64,000 nt of DNA. Source: the human T2T-CHM13v2.0 reference genome, Homo sapiens. How positions within the stretch are numbered: position 1 is the stretch's first letter; the number at the start of each line of letters is the position of its first letter. The notes under the pieces are model-generated. The model saw only the letters and a program-made list of their open reading frames with translations. It had not been told where the DNA came from and made no database searches. Positions 27,308 through 38,820 of the stretch are shown in pieces. The position numbers and the translations under genes were made by a program. Location: the NCBI RefSeq assembly GCF_009914755.1, contig NC_060930.1. The stretch is one strand, 5' to 3'.

Positions 27308-27687
27308 TATCTTAGTTTGCTTGGACTGCTATAGCAAAGTACCACAGACTGTGTGGCTTAAACAAGAGAAATATATTCTCACAGTTCTGGAGGCTGTGAA
27401 GTCCAATAACCAGATGCCTGTAGATGTTGTCTCTGGTGAGAGCGTGCTTCCAGACTTCAGCTGCCTTCTTGCTGTGCCCTCACACAGGCTTTCCTCAGTG
27501 TATGTGTGAGGATAGAGAGATCTTGTGTTTCTTCCTCTTTTAAGGGCATTGATTTTTATAAGGGCAACACCCTCATGACCTCATCTAAACATAATTACCC
27601 TCCAAAGATCCAACCTCACAATACCATCACATGGGAAGTTAGGGCTTAAACATATGAATTGTGGGGTGACACATTCAGCGCGTAACA
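27308..27687 (-). mobile_element. MLT1A/B-type solo LTR
   Basis: TCTTAGTTTGCTTGGACTGCTATAGCAAAGTACCACAGACTG...GGGGTGACACATTCAGCGCGTAACA. Confidence 0.82.
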
Positions 27688-28030
27688 TGTAATTTATCCA
27701 GTCTTAATTAGAAGGCTTAATATTGGAGCTTTCTAGCCAAAAACAGGTAGTCATCATGTGGGAGAATACCTTGACTTGACTTATACTCTTCAATACAGTA
27801 AGAATATAACAAATGGAGTTTATTTTATAATTTTCCATTAAAACTCTCTCATTATGTCTTGATAACGCTCTGTTACTTCTGTCAAGAATACAGCTAAATG
27901 TTAAGAAACTTATTCTTGAGTAGCCAGAGTGTCTCCACAGGCTAATTATTAGGACTGAATTAACCTATGAATTTAATGGATTAATTAAATCTTATAATAA
28001 ACATTTTGAAAAAATTATGACATGAGGAGT

Positions 28031-28827
28031 GGCAGCACAGTGGTTGCAACAACAAATGCCTTACAAATGGTGGCAAAAGGGAGCCAAGAAGAAACAGCTT
28101 GATCCATTTTCTAAGAAAGACTGGTATGGCATGAAAGCACTAGCTACGTTCAATATAAGAAATATTAGAAAAACGCTTGCCACCAGGACTCGAGGAACCT
28201 ACATTTTATCTAATGATCTCAAGGGTACTATCTTTGAAGTGAGCCTTTCTGATCTGAAGAATGATGTTGTATTTAGAAAGTTCAAGCTAATTACTGAGGA
28301 TGTTCAGGATAAAAACTGCTTAACGTCCATGGCATGAATCTTACTTGTGACAAAATGTGTTTCACGGTCAAAAAATGGCAGACCATACCTGAAGTTCACG
28401 TCAATGTCAAGACTACCAATGGCTATTTGATTTGTCTATTCTGTGTTAGTTTTACAAAAAAAAAAAAAAAATACAACAATCAGATACAGAAGACCTCTTA
28501 TTCTCAGCACCAACAGGTCTGCCAAATCCAGAAGAAGATGATGAAGCTTCCCACCCAAGAGGTGCAGAGAGATTTCCTGAAAGAAGCAGTTAATAAATGG
28601 ATCCCACGCAGCTTTGAAAAACTCATTAAAAGGTCATAAAAAGATTTGCCAATTTATTTATACTCTCAATGATGTCTTCACTAGAAAATTCAAAGTTTGA
28701 ACTGGGAAAACTTGAAGGTAGTAGTTCTTGAAAAGCTTATGGATATGAACTGCCAGTCCAAGAATCTGTTTAAAATTCAGATGTTTAATAGTGACAAACA
28801 AAAATCCTGTATGTGAAGAAAAAAAAA
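28031..28827 (+). pseudogene. RPS3A: RPS3A (40S ribosomal protein eS1) processed pseudogene
   Basis: Intronless. [18 protein letters not shown]...FNIRNI.KTL.TRT...[17 protein letters not shown] and VKKWQT..E.HV.VKTT.GY...NNQI.KTSY.QHQQV.QI.KKMM match RPS3A, ending GYELPVQESV* (stop 28771-28773). The start codon is lost, there are frameshifts and deletions, and a 3' UTR and A-tail follow. Confidence 0.96.
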
Positions 28828-30002
28828 CATCATGATATTGCTTTCTATATAATTTTTTTCTGTTGTATTGTAAGAAAGATACATCCCTTTTCCTATAGAT
28901 AAGACTTCTGAGTGTTTTTCTGTTTGGCAATATTAGCAATCTATTTTCTGCCTCAGAAAACCTATTTATAGACCTCCTATTATCAGGCATTGTACTGAAT
29001 TATTCTTTGTGTCCAAAGTTTTTCAATTTATTTCCTTGGTATTTTAGTGCATATACACATTGTATAAAATAATGGCCTTTTAGTCTTCTTCCACTGTAGC
29101 TCTCTTATTTCTGTTTTATTCTAAATTCATGAAACATAACTTTCAAAAGGAATCTTACAAATAGTGATAATAACAGACATCTTCCTCAAGTTGATAATTT
29201 TAATACATATTGATATTCCATCATTCATTATAATGTATTTTGTTTAAAGTGTATTTACTTTGAAAATAAAACATCTTTTGTTAATTTTCCTTATAACATT
29301 TTTGAATACCAATTTGTGTTCTAGCATATCCAATCAAGTTGGTCACACTGTATGAGAATGAAATGTATTTATTTAACTTACTTATATTATAAATTGTTTA
29401 AGTAGTCTGCTTATATTGATTGTCTTTATACTTCTTTTTGAAAATTAGTATACTGATCATTGTTAACTCATGCTTCTATTTCCATGCTAATTATTTATAG
29501 GATTCATATCTATTTTTTCATATTATGATTTATGTAGCTTCTTATCTCTTATGACCTGAACAGTTTATAAAATGCCAATTAATTCATTTCTGTGAGAAAA
29601 TAAAATAATTCCGTAAAAATTAATAAACATTTTTATAAGTTTCTCAATGTTATTGTCAGTTATTGATTCACTGACTTCTCTGTGTAGTATATAAAATCAC
29701 ATATTTATTTAGAAAATCATCCATTTCATTGATGTTTTCAACTTTAGCAAATTAATCATGAAAGCAATTTTGCGCAATGTATTATATTTATGATTGTTTT
29801 TATTTTCTTTATTTACATTAATAGGTTTCCCTAGTTTGTTTATTTTGTTAATTTTTTTACAGGGGTAAACCTTGGATGTGCGAATGCTGTTACTTTTATT
29901 AGAGTGTTATAATGGAAATAAAGTAGTTACATAATGAATATAATGCCACAAAGAAGGCATAACTTAGAATTTGCACTCTTGACTCACTGCTGTTTTATTT
30001 GA

Positions 30003-30469
30003 AGTATTAGTTTTCTGTTGCTACTGGAACAAGTTACTACAAAGTTAGTGCCTTATTATTCTACAAGTCTCTAGATCAGGAGTTTGACATAGGTTTCACT
30101 GGGCTAAAACTAAGGTGTCAGCAACGTTCCACTTCCTTCTGGAGTTTCCAGGGGACACTCTGTGTCCTTGCCTTTTCCAGGTTCTAGAAGCTTCCCATAT
30201 TCCTTGACCTACATCCCCCTTTAAGGTCAGCAATGATGAGTCAAGTTCATCTCACCTGGCATCAATATGACTGTCTTCTCCTGCCCCATCTTCCACTTCT
30301 AAAGGACTCATAGTGATCAGATTGGGTCCACCAGATACTCCAGGTTAGTTAAGGTCATTACCCTAATCACGTCAGCAAAGTCTCTTTGCCACGACATAAC
30401 ATTTAGCAGGATTCAGGTGGGAGGATTAGGATTGGACAACTTTGGTGGGCTATTATTTTGCTTCCCACA
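30003..30469 (-). mobile_element. MLT1C/D-type solo LTR
   Basis: GTATTAGTTTTCTGTTGCT...GGGCTAAAACTAAGGTGTCAGCA...CCTTGCCTTTTCCAGGTTCTAGAAG...TATTATTTTGCTTCCCACA. Confidence 0.8.
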
Positions 30470-31369
30470 TCTGTTTTCCTTGTCAGTCATGTTTTCAGAT
30501 TCAAATCAAGTTGCACATCTTTCGTAAAAGAAATTAATGTACACGAATCGGATTCTTATCCATGATTGACTTTCTTTCCTCTTTGTCAAATTTATCTTTT
30601 AATTGGTTTCTAAGCATATTCCGAAAAGTTGTTTAGCTTTCCATGGTTGGCCAGGGATCTATCTACATAAATTATTGCATTTGGACACAATTTGCATTAA
30701 TTTATGAATATTCCCTAAGTTAATAAACAGATTGTGTTGACAGAATTTGTTTGCCTGAGTTGGTCATCAGTTTAATCAAACTAATTACCCTATTATTTCA
30801 GTAAATAGCCATATTTGGAAAACATTTTTTACTGCCACCTAAGTTAAAGGAAAAAATGAACAGGACATAAGATTATGAGTAAGGAAGAAAGAAATTTTGT
30901 TATCAGCTTGTGTATACTCTACAAAAAAATATGCTCGTCACTGTTTCATTGAAGTTTCACAGTGTAAGTGAGACTATGAATATAAAGTAGTTTACTAAAA
31001 TTATTTTTTAAGTAACTACTGGTTGGTACTTTTAAAAAATCTCCTGTCTGAACTAAACAAAGATATTTTTATAGATGCAGCATAAATCTAAATTTCTTAA
31101 AATGCTTAGAAAAATTATATGGAGTGTTTCTATGAAATTGGGGTTTTTCAAGAATCAATGATTGTTTTCAGATTCAAAGAGCATTTTCTACCAGTTGTCG
31201 TCAGAGGATTTGACAAAAATTTATCAGCCTCTTAATATACCTTTTAGTCAAGTTCTAGGAATTTTCTCAGTAGTATTATGTTGTGATACAGGTTTTTATT
31301 AATGTTTATTTTGTTTTATGTAGTAAAGCAAATTTCTTATTATTTCACCTCTAATAAATAGTGCTTGTA

Positions 31370-31455
31370 GACAGATCAATAAATGGATGATGAGTGATAG
31401 ATACATAGATGACAAATTAATAGATGACAGATGAAGAGATACAGATTGACAGATA
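31370..31455. repeat. Degenerate (GATA/GACA)n simple repeat
   Basis: AGTGATAGATACATAGATGACAAATTAATAGATGACAGATG... Confidence 0.6.
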
Positions 31456-31719
31456 CTTGTGTCAGTGTTAAAAATGTTCAACTTACGTCCATATTCTATG
31501 AGTCATATTTGAGATAATTATGATCATCAACTTTATCTATTTGGTTTTCAGTGTGATGGATATAGTAATTTGATCATTATAATATGTATACCTGCATTAA
31601 AACATCACATTGTACTCCATAAATATGTGCAATTAGTATGCATCAGTTCTGAATAGAAAAATAAATTAAACATAATATTCTCAAGGTCTTTAGAAATAGC
31701 TGCTTAATAAGAAAGATCT

Positions 31720-32340
31720 AGTAGAAATGCAAAATAATTCAGCCACTGTGGAAAAGAGTTTTGTGGTTCTTCAAAAAGTTAAACATAGAGTTATGATGAC
31801 ATGATTCCTCAATTTCTCTCTAGTGTATATCCACAAAATAATTGAAAACAGGTACTAACACAAGTACATGTACACCCATTTTCATAGCAGCATTTTTCAC
31901 AATACTCAGAAGGTAGAACAGCCCAAATGTCCACCAATGGAAGAATTGATCATCTAATTTCGATATACCTATACAATGGAATATTATTCAGCCATGAAAT
32001 GTAATGAAGTACTGATATATATGGTACAAACTGTAACATGAATGAACCTCCAAAATTGGTTAAGTGAAAAAAGCATGACACAAAAAGTTACACATTTTAT
32101 GATTTCATGTATATGAAATATCCAGAACTGATGAATCCATAGAGACAGAACACAGATTGGTGGTTTCCAGGGGCTGAGTGCAGGAAGGAATGGAGAGAAA
32201 CTGATTGATGGGTAATGGTTTTAATTTCCAGTGATGGAAATGATGGTTTTGGAACTAGATACCATACTTTAAATGCCACTGAATTGTTCATGTTTAATTT
32301 TGCGGTATATGAATTTCACCTTGATAAATTATTGTTAAAA
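31720..32340 (+). mobile_element. L1MB-type 3'-end fragment
   Basis: CAGCCACTGTGGAAAA...CAAAAAGTTAAACATAGAGTTA...TTTTATGATTTCATGTATATGAAATATCCAGAA...AATGCCACTGAATTGT. Confidence 0.82.
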
Positions 32341-33458
32341 TTAGTAAAAAGGTCTATGGTTCAAGCTATAAAACTTCTCATTGAGGACTATGAGGACTAG
32401 GATATTTATGCTCCTAGGTTCAAAGCTCTGGTAGGGGCTTCTGCTCCCTAGTCTTCACCTGCTTAAGCTACATCTGCAAGAATCTGTCCTTTCCTCTTTG
32501 AGCAATCAGCTTCAATGGCTGAAGGTAGGTGTTTTGTTGTCCCTCAATAACAGCTGCAGAGCCTCTATAAGTCCTTTAATCTTCCCTGATGAAGTCTATG
32601 CCCCAGCTGGGTGTAATCCTCATCCGAAGCATACTGAAACTCGGAAGAGGTGCCCTTGGCCCATTTGCCTACATACTGAACATTAAAATTTATTCTGCTA
32701 CCCACATACAGGGCATAGAGATGCTCTGGTACATTGTCTATTCTCCAGACTTCATCAGTGGATATTATGTCACAGATGTCCTCTGTTTTCAGATTCCAAG
32801 TATAGATGAAAACTCTACTGAAACCTTCCAGAACTTGGAGACCCATTTCTAATCCAAGGGGAAGACAAAAATCTGTTCTGACTGATCACATATTTCTGTA
32901 TCCTCTGAGTACTAACCACAAGAAACATTTTTAAAGTAAAACATCAAGATGTAACTCTTTTCTTTCATTCCAGAATTTGAATCTCTTCTGAGGCAATATG
33001 TAACACTTACTTATTATGAAAGGAATAAAGAATAAAAAGAAAAATGTGGCAATATAAACCACATATGTTAAGACTTAGAAATCTTATTCTTGAATGAGTA
33101 GAGCTTTGTATACAGGTGTTGGTTTCCTAGGGTTAGGTTCCCAACACTTTAATATTATCACAAAGATGATCTCAAAACCATTATATTATCAGTCTACTTT
33201 CTGTACCTATTATACTGGTAATAGGAAGTAGGAGGCCAGAGAGTGGATAGACAAATAGTGTTTTTCTTTGAGAAGCCCTCAGAAAATACACCTAAAGCAA
33301 CAACACATTGTTCTGTGTATGTTTACCTATCTATCCCAAATAACTACAGAACATAATTCCATTGATGTAAGTTCTATGATCTTAGCACTCCATGGTTTGA
33401 TCAGACATCCTGATTGATGATCAGAAGCATTCTGTTAAAGACTATTGATCAGGGATTC

Positions 33459-34006
33459 TGTGATAGTTTATTTAAAATGCCACAGATTCTTTCTCTTTCA
33501 GTCATCACATATTTACATTGGGATATTGCAGATTTTTCCATCACATGGCTTCTATTTCTTCACCCCTTGAATCTGGGTTGTTTGTGAGACTTGTGAGACT
33601 TGCTTTGACCAAAAGAACATTAACAAATGTTAAACAAGCAGTGACTTGAAAAGAACGTGCACATGGAGCTTGTTCTCTTGTGGTTCTTGGAACTCTTTCA
33701 CATCCATGTGGACAAGCCTGGACTCATGTGCTGAAAGATGAGAGACCACATGGAGAGAGACCCCACAGATCCCAGCCATTCCAGACAAGGCTATGATAAG
33801 CCTCCCAGCCCCAGTCAATCCATCAGCTCACTGCATATGCCTGAACAAGCCTAGCTGAGATCAACCAAGCCTGGCCGAGACTTGATGAATTACACAGCTG
33901 AGTCCAGCTCAAATAGCAAACCATAAAATTATGAGCTAAATAAATAGTTGTTTCTGGCCACTAGGTATTGGGTTGTTTTCTTATGCACCAAGAGCTAACT
34001 GATAAA
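33459..34006 (+). mobile_element. MLT1F/G/H-type solo LTR
   Basis: CCCCTTGAATCTGGG...GACTTGCTTTGACCAA...CAGCTGAGTCCAGCTCAAAT...GCTAACTGATA. Confidence 0.78.
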
Positions 34007-34141
34007 CCTACTAATCTATTTTACAACTTACCATTTCATTATAATTCCTCAAGAAAAAAATATAAATCATGCCAGCTTATTTGTTGAGGCGTCTTGCTAA
34101 AAGAAGTATAAACTTCTGAAAAAAAAATCTTTCAAGGTTTG

Positions 34142-34500
34142 TGTGATGGACTAAATTGTGTCCCCTCAAAATTCATATGTTGTAGCCCTAACCATTCATG
34201 TGACTGAAACTGGAGATTAAGGAGGTAATTAAGGTTAAATGAGGTCATAAAGGTGGGATGCTAATCCAAATTTACCTGTGTTCTTACATCAGGGATGCGT
34301 GTGCACAAAGAAAAGGCCATGTGAGGACATAGCAAGAGGGAAGCTGTCCGCAAGCCAAGGAAAAAGGCCTCAGGAGAAACCAAATCTGCCAATACATTGA
34401 TCTTGGACTTCCAGCATTCAGAAATGTGAGAAAATAAATATCTGCTGTTTAAGCCACCAGTATATTATATTTGTTATGGTAGCCTTAGCAAAGTAAGATA
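34142..34500 (+). mobile_element. MLT1B-type solo LTR
   Basis: TGTGATGGACTAAATTGTGTCCCCTCAAAATTCATATGTTG...TTGATCTTGGACTTCCAGC...TAAGATA; perfect 5-bp TSD GTTTG. Confidence 0.88.
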
Positions 34501-34555
34501 GTTTGTGTTACTGCCTTCTTTTTGCAGATAAAGCAATTATATCTGATAGGTATTA

Positions 34556-34966
34556 TGTAACCATATTAGTCCCATAGACAGTTGTTTTTGGATAAACATA
34601 GAAATTGACCCTTCTGTTGTTAAAGCTTCAAACTTGTATTTGCTTTATCTGAGTTCCTTCCTCAGGAAAGGATATTCAGTTCTCTCAAAAAAGTATCGAA
34701 GAACTGAAATTCACTAGATCACCATACCAGATAACTCCTTGCCCCTCCCTAGTTCCTGATTTCTTAAACATTGTTACATTTCTTCCCTGCTGTATAAAAC
34801 CCTAGTTTTAATCAGTCAGAGAGATGAATTTGAGACTGAACTCCCATCTCCTTGCTGCGGCACCCGATTAAAGCCTTCTCCCTTGGCAATATTTGTCTTC
34901 TCAGTGATTGGCTTTCTGTGCAGCAAGCAGCAGGACCTAGACCAAACCCCTGGTATTGTGGTAACA
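34556..34966 (+). mobile_element. ERV1-class solo LTR (MER39/MER34-like)
   Basis: TG...CA ends, TATA-like TGTATAAAA, poly-A signal ATTAAA, and 3' end GCAGCAGGACCTAGACCAAACCCCTGGTATTGTGGTAACA. Confidence 0.75.
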
Positions 34967-36536
34967 AACAACACACATGCACACACATATACATGCAAAT
35001 GACTGATAAAAGAGATAAAAGAAAGGAAAAGGAAAGCAGAAGGAGGAAGATCATCCATGAATCCATTGAGAATAGACACTGATGATCTATTTGGTTTCTT
35101 TCTTTACCTAATTCTTTATCATTATAGCTTTTGTATATAATGCTAGCTTTCTACCACATCATGTTAGGTTATTTACCCATTATGTGATCTTTCTTTTAAA
35201 TGTTTCTATTTCTTTTCATTAAATGAAATAATTGTTAAAGGGGTGACTTCAATTAACTTCTAGGCCTTCTATATAGTGTTGCAAAGGCCCATATTCTACA
35301 TCTAGGTTAAATTTTCCTGTCTTTTGTTATTTAATTATCTAGCATATGAGCAACAAATAGGGATCTGAAAGTGACTATCTGTGTTGGGTTATCCTTGGAA
35401 AAATAACATGACAAACAAAGGTAGATTAGCCCACTGGTAACAAAATTCAAATGAGACAACTATCCTGTTCCCCAAATCAAATATTTCTCAAAAGCAATCA
35501 ATGATTAATTAAAAGTAGTGAAAACACATTTAATAATCTTTACTAATGAGTTTGAACAAACACTTGGATTGATTAAAAACTAAATAATGAGCATGCTAAA
35601 ACTCTTGCATTCATCAATAACTAAACTGTTTTTAAAGTTAAGTGCCAAATTTGTTTATTTTTAATGTTGCATCATTAAGTAAAATTTGTGTTTAAAGATT
35701 TTATACAACTAGATGTTTTTATTTTTAACTTAGACATAGCTATTTTCCTAACAGTTCTTTTTAACAAGTCCATCAAGATTTAAATAGCAAAATTCTATTA
35801 AAAACTGGGATGTTCACATGTAAACCCAGCACACCTTTATAGGTACATTAGTTTTAAGGCTCAAAATACTCATATGGAATAATTAAGTATTGTATTTTCA
35901 ATATTAGCATTTAGTTTAAATATGCTGTGCATAATGTTTTACTATATGGCCCATCCTGTCATCGTTTTTATATTCTTCAATTTTTTTTATGGTACACAGA
36001 TGTTTTGCCTGCCCTATTTATGCTATGCCAAGGTGAGTATTTTTGAAATGCCTTATATTTAGAATACCACTATAGGAGAATATGATTTATCAACTGTTTT
36101 GCAACATGTATGAAGTACTTGACTTATTTTTAAGGATTTTGAGCAATGAAAACTTTTATTTTTAAAAAAGTTATAGAATGATACATAAAACTTAACATTT
36201 TGATCATCCAATAAAATCTGCTTTCAAGAACATTATTGATGATATTGGGGGAGTGTCTTGAATTGTTTTCAGGAGACCATGGCTCATTTTCAGATCTACT
36301 ATTTGCAGCACTTTTTAAAAAATTCAGATGGGGATCTTTGATTTTACTAATCTTCTGGATAATAACTGACAGATGTATAGGTCTGGAGCATTTGAGTCCT
36401 CTCCCAAATTTGAGAAAGAACTTTGAACGTGTTATATTTGAATTCTCGTGGAAGACAATAAAGGAAAGCCTTAGATAACCAATTAGATATGAAGTGGTAA
36501 AATGAGTTTCACCACCCTTAGAAATATTTAGTGACA

Positions 36537-36881
<345 letters not shown>

Positions 36882-37298
36882 CTAAAAATAGTACAAATTT
36901 GGGGAAAAAAATTCAGGGTTTGTTCATAGGCCCAGCTCCTATGTGTGTGACTTTATGAAAAAAATATTGGTGAGTTTTAAGTTCTTCAATCATAAAATGG
37001 GGATAAAACAATTCTTCTTTTACAGGTATAAAATAGCTAATGCCTGCAACTTAATAAGCAATTGCAAACTTTCATAACATCTTGGTAATATAGAGATTAA
37101 ATTTTCATGTTGAAAAATTTAAGAATCACAAGAAGTGACAAAAGCAGTACAGAGAGTCCCTGGACCCTACACCCATGTTTTTACAATGATGATGTTGTAC
37201 TTACCCAGGGGTCATTTCAAAACCAGGACATCAACATTGGTACAAAATGATTAACTAAATTACAGATTTTTTCAGAATTCATAGGTTGTTACATACAC

Positions 37299-37300
<2 letters not shown>

Positions 37301-37356
<56 letters not shown>
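37301..37356. repeat. (TG)21(AG)7 compound microsatellite
   Basis: Direct reading. Confidence 0.97.
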
Positions 37357-37879
37357 TATGTGTGTGGTCCAGGAATGTAGTACTATGGAATTTTATTGTA
37401 TGGGTAAATTCATGTAATCACCACTGTCAGACTGCTTGATCACTACAAAGAAACTCCCATTTGCTACCTTTTTATGTCACATCCTTATCCCATTCCTAAC
37501 TCTTGGCAACTTCTATCTGATCATTTTCCATCATTGTATTTCCGTCATTTGAAGAATATGATATAAGTGGAGTCATGCAACACTATGCAATTTTTGAGAT
37601 TTTTTTCACTGAGCATAATGTCCTTGAGTTGATCCAAGTTTTTATCTCAATAATTTATTTGTTTCTTATATTGCTGAGTAGTTTTCCATTGTATGACTGT
37701 ACCATGCCTCTTTAAATCCATCCATATCCACTCACTGAAGGACACATGGGTGGTTTCTAGTTTGGGATTTGCAAAGAAAGCTGCTGAGTACATTGTATAA
37801 AGATTTTCCTATCCACAAGATTTTATCTTTCTAGGATAAACACTCAGGAGTGTGATTACTGGGCTGTATTATTAGTATG

Positions 37880-38248
37880 TCATATGGTTTGGCTGTGTCC
37901 CCACCCAAATCTCATCTTGAATTGTAACTCTCACAATTCCCATATGTTGTGGGAGGAACCCAGTGGGAGGTGATTGAATCATGGGGGCGGGTCTATCCTG
38001 CACTGTTCTCGTGATAGTGAATGAGTCTCATGAGATGTGATGGTTTTAAAAATGAGAGTTTCCCTGCACAAGCTCTCTCTTTGCCTGCTGCCATTCATGT
38101 AAGAGGTGACTTACTCCTCCTTGCCTTCCACCATGATTGTGTGGCCTCCCCAGCCATGTGGAAGTGTAAATCCCATTAAATGTTTTTCTTTTATAGATTG
38201 CCAGTCTCAGGTATGTCCTTATCAGCAGCACGAAAACAGACTAATACA
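37880..38248 (+). mobile_element. THE1 (THE1B-like) solo LTR
   Basis: ATATGGTTTGGCTGTGTCCCCACCCAAATCTCATCTTGAATTGTAACTC...CAGACTAATACA. Confidence 0.93.
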
Positions 38249-38421
38249 GCTTGTTTAACATTTTATGAAACTGGTTGTTTAACATTTGAACTTGCAAAAA
38301 TTAACAAGTTGTTTAACATGTTTAACATTTAAAGAAACAGACTGTTATGAAACTGTCAGTGGGACTGTCCATTTTACATTGCTGGCAGAAATGTTTGAGT
38401 GATCCAGTTGTAGATTGGTAG

Positions 38422-38820
38422 TGTATTAGTCCGTTCTTATACTGCTATAAGGTAGTACCTGAGACTGAGTAATTTATAAAGAAAAGAGGATTAACTGGGT
38501 CACATGTCTGCAGGCTGTACAGGAAGCATGGCTGGGAGGTCTCAAAAAACTTACAATCATGGCAGAAGGTGAAGGGGAAGCAGGCACGTCTTACATGGAT
38601 GGAGCAGGAAGAAGAGAGAGGGAAGGAAAGTGCTACATACTTTTACATGACCAGATCTCACAGTAACTCACTCTCTCCAGGACAACACCAAGGGGGGTAG
38701 TGTTAAACCATGAGAAACCACTGCCATGATCTAATCACCTTCCACCAGACCCCACATCCAACATTGGGGATTACAATTTGACATGAGATTTGGGTGGGGA
38801 CATAGATCTAAACCATATCA
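38422..38820 (-). mobile_element. MSTA-type solo LTR
   Basis: TGTATTAGTCCGTTCT...GGCTGTACAGGAAGCATGGCTGGGAGG...AAACCATATCA; perfect TSD GGTAG. Confidence 0.92.

Larger units (their letters stand above)
37095..38415 (-). mobile_element. L1MB/MC-type 3' region, interrupted by a microsatellite and a THE1 LTR
   Basis: TCAAAACCAGGACATCAACATTGGTACAA...TATATAAGTGGAGTCATGCA...TTGCTGAGTAGTTTTCCATTGTATG. Confidence 0.75.

Noticed and set aside
28029-28639. RPS3A-like ORFs as a functional gene
   Set aside because: Lost ATG, frameshifts, deletions, no introns and an A-tail mark a processed pseudogene.
37301-37356. (TG)21 tract as a functional Z-DNA element
   Set aside because: A common microsatellite within an old L1, with no nearby promoter evidence.
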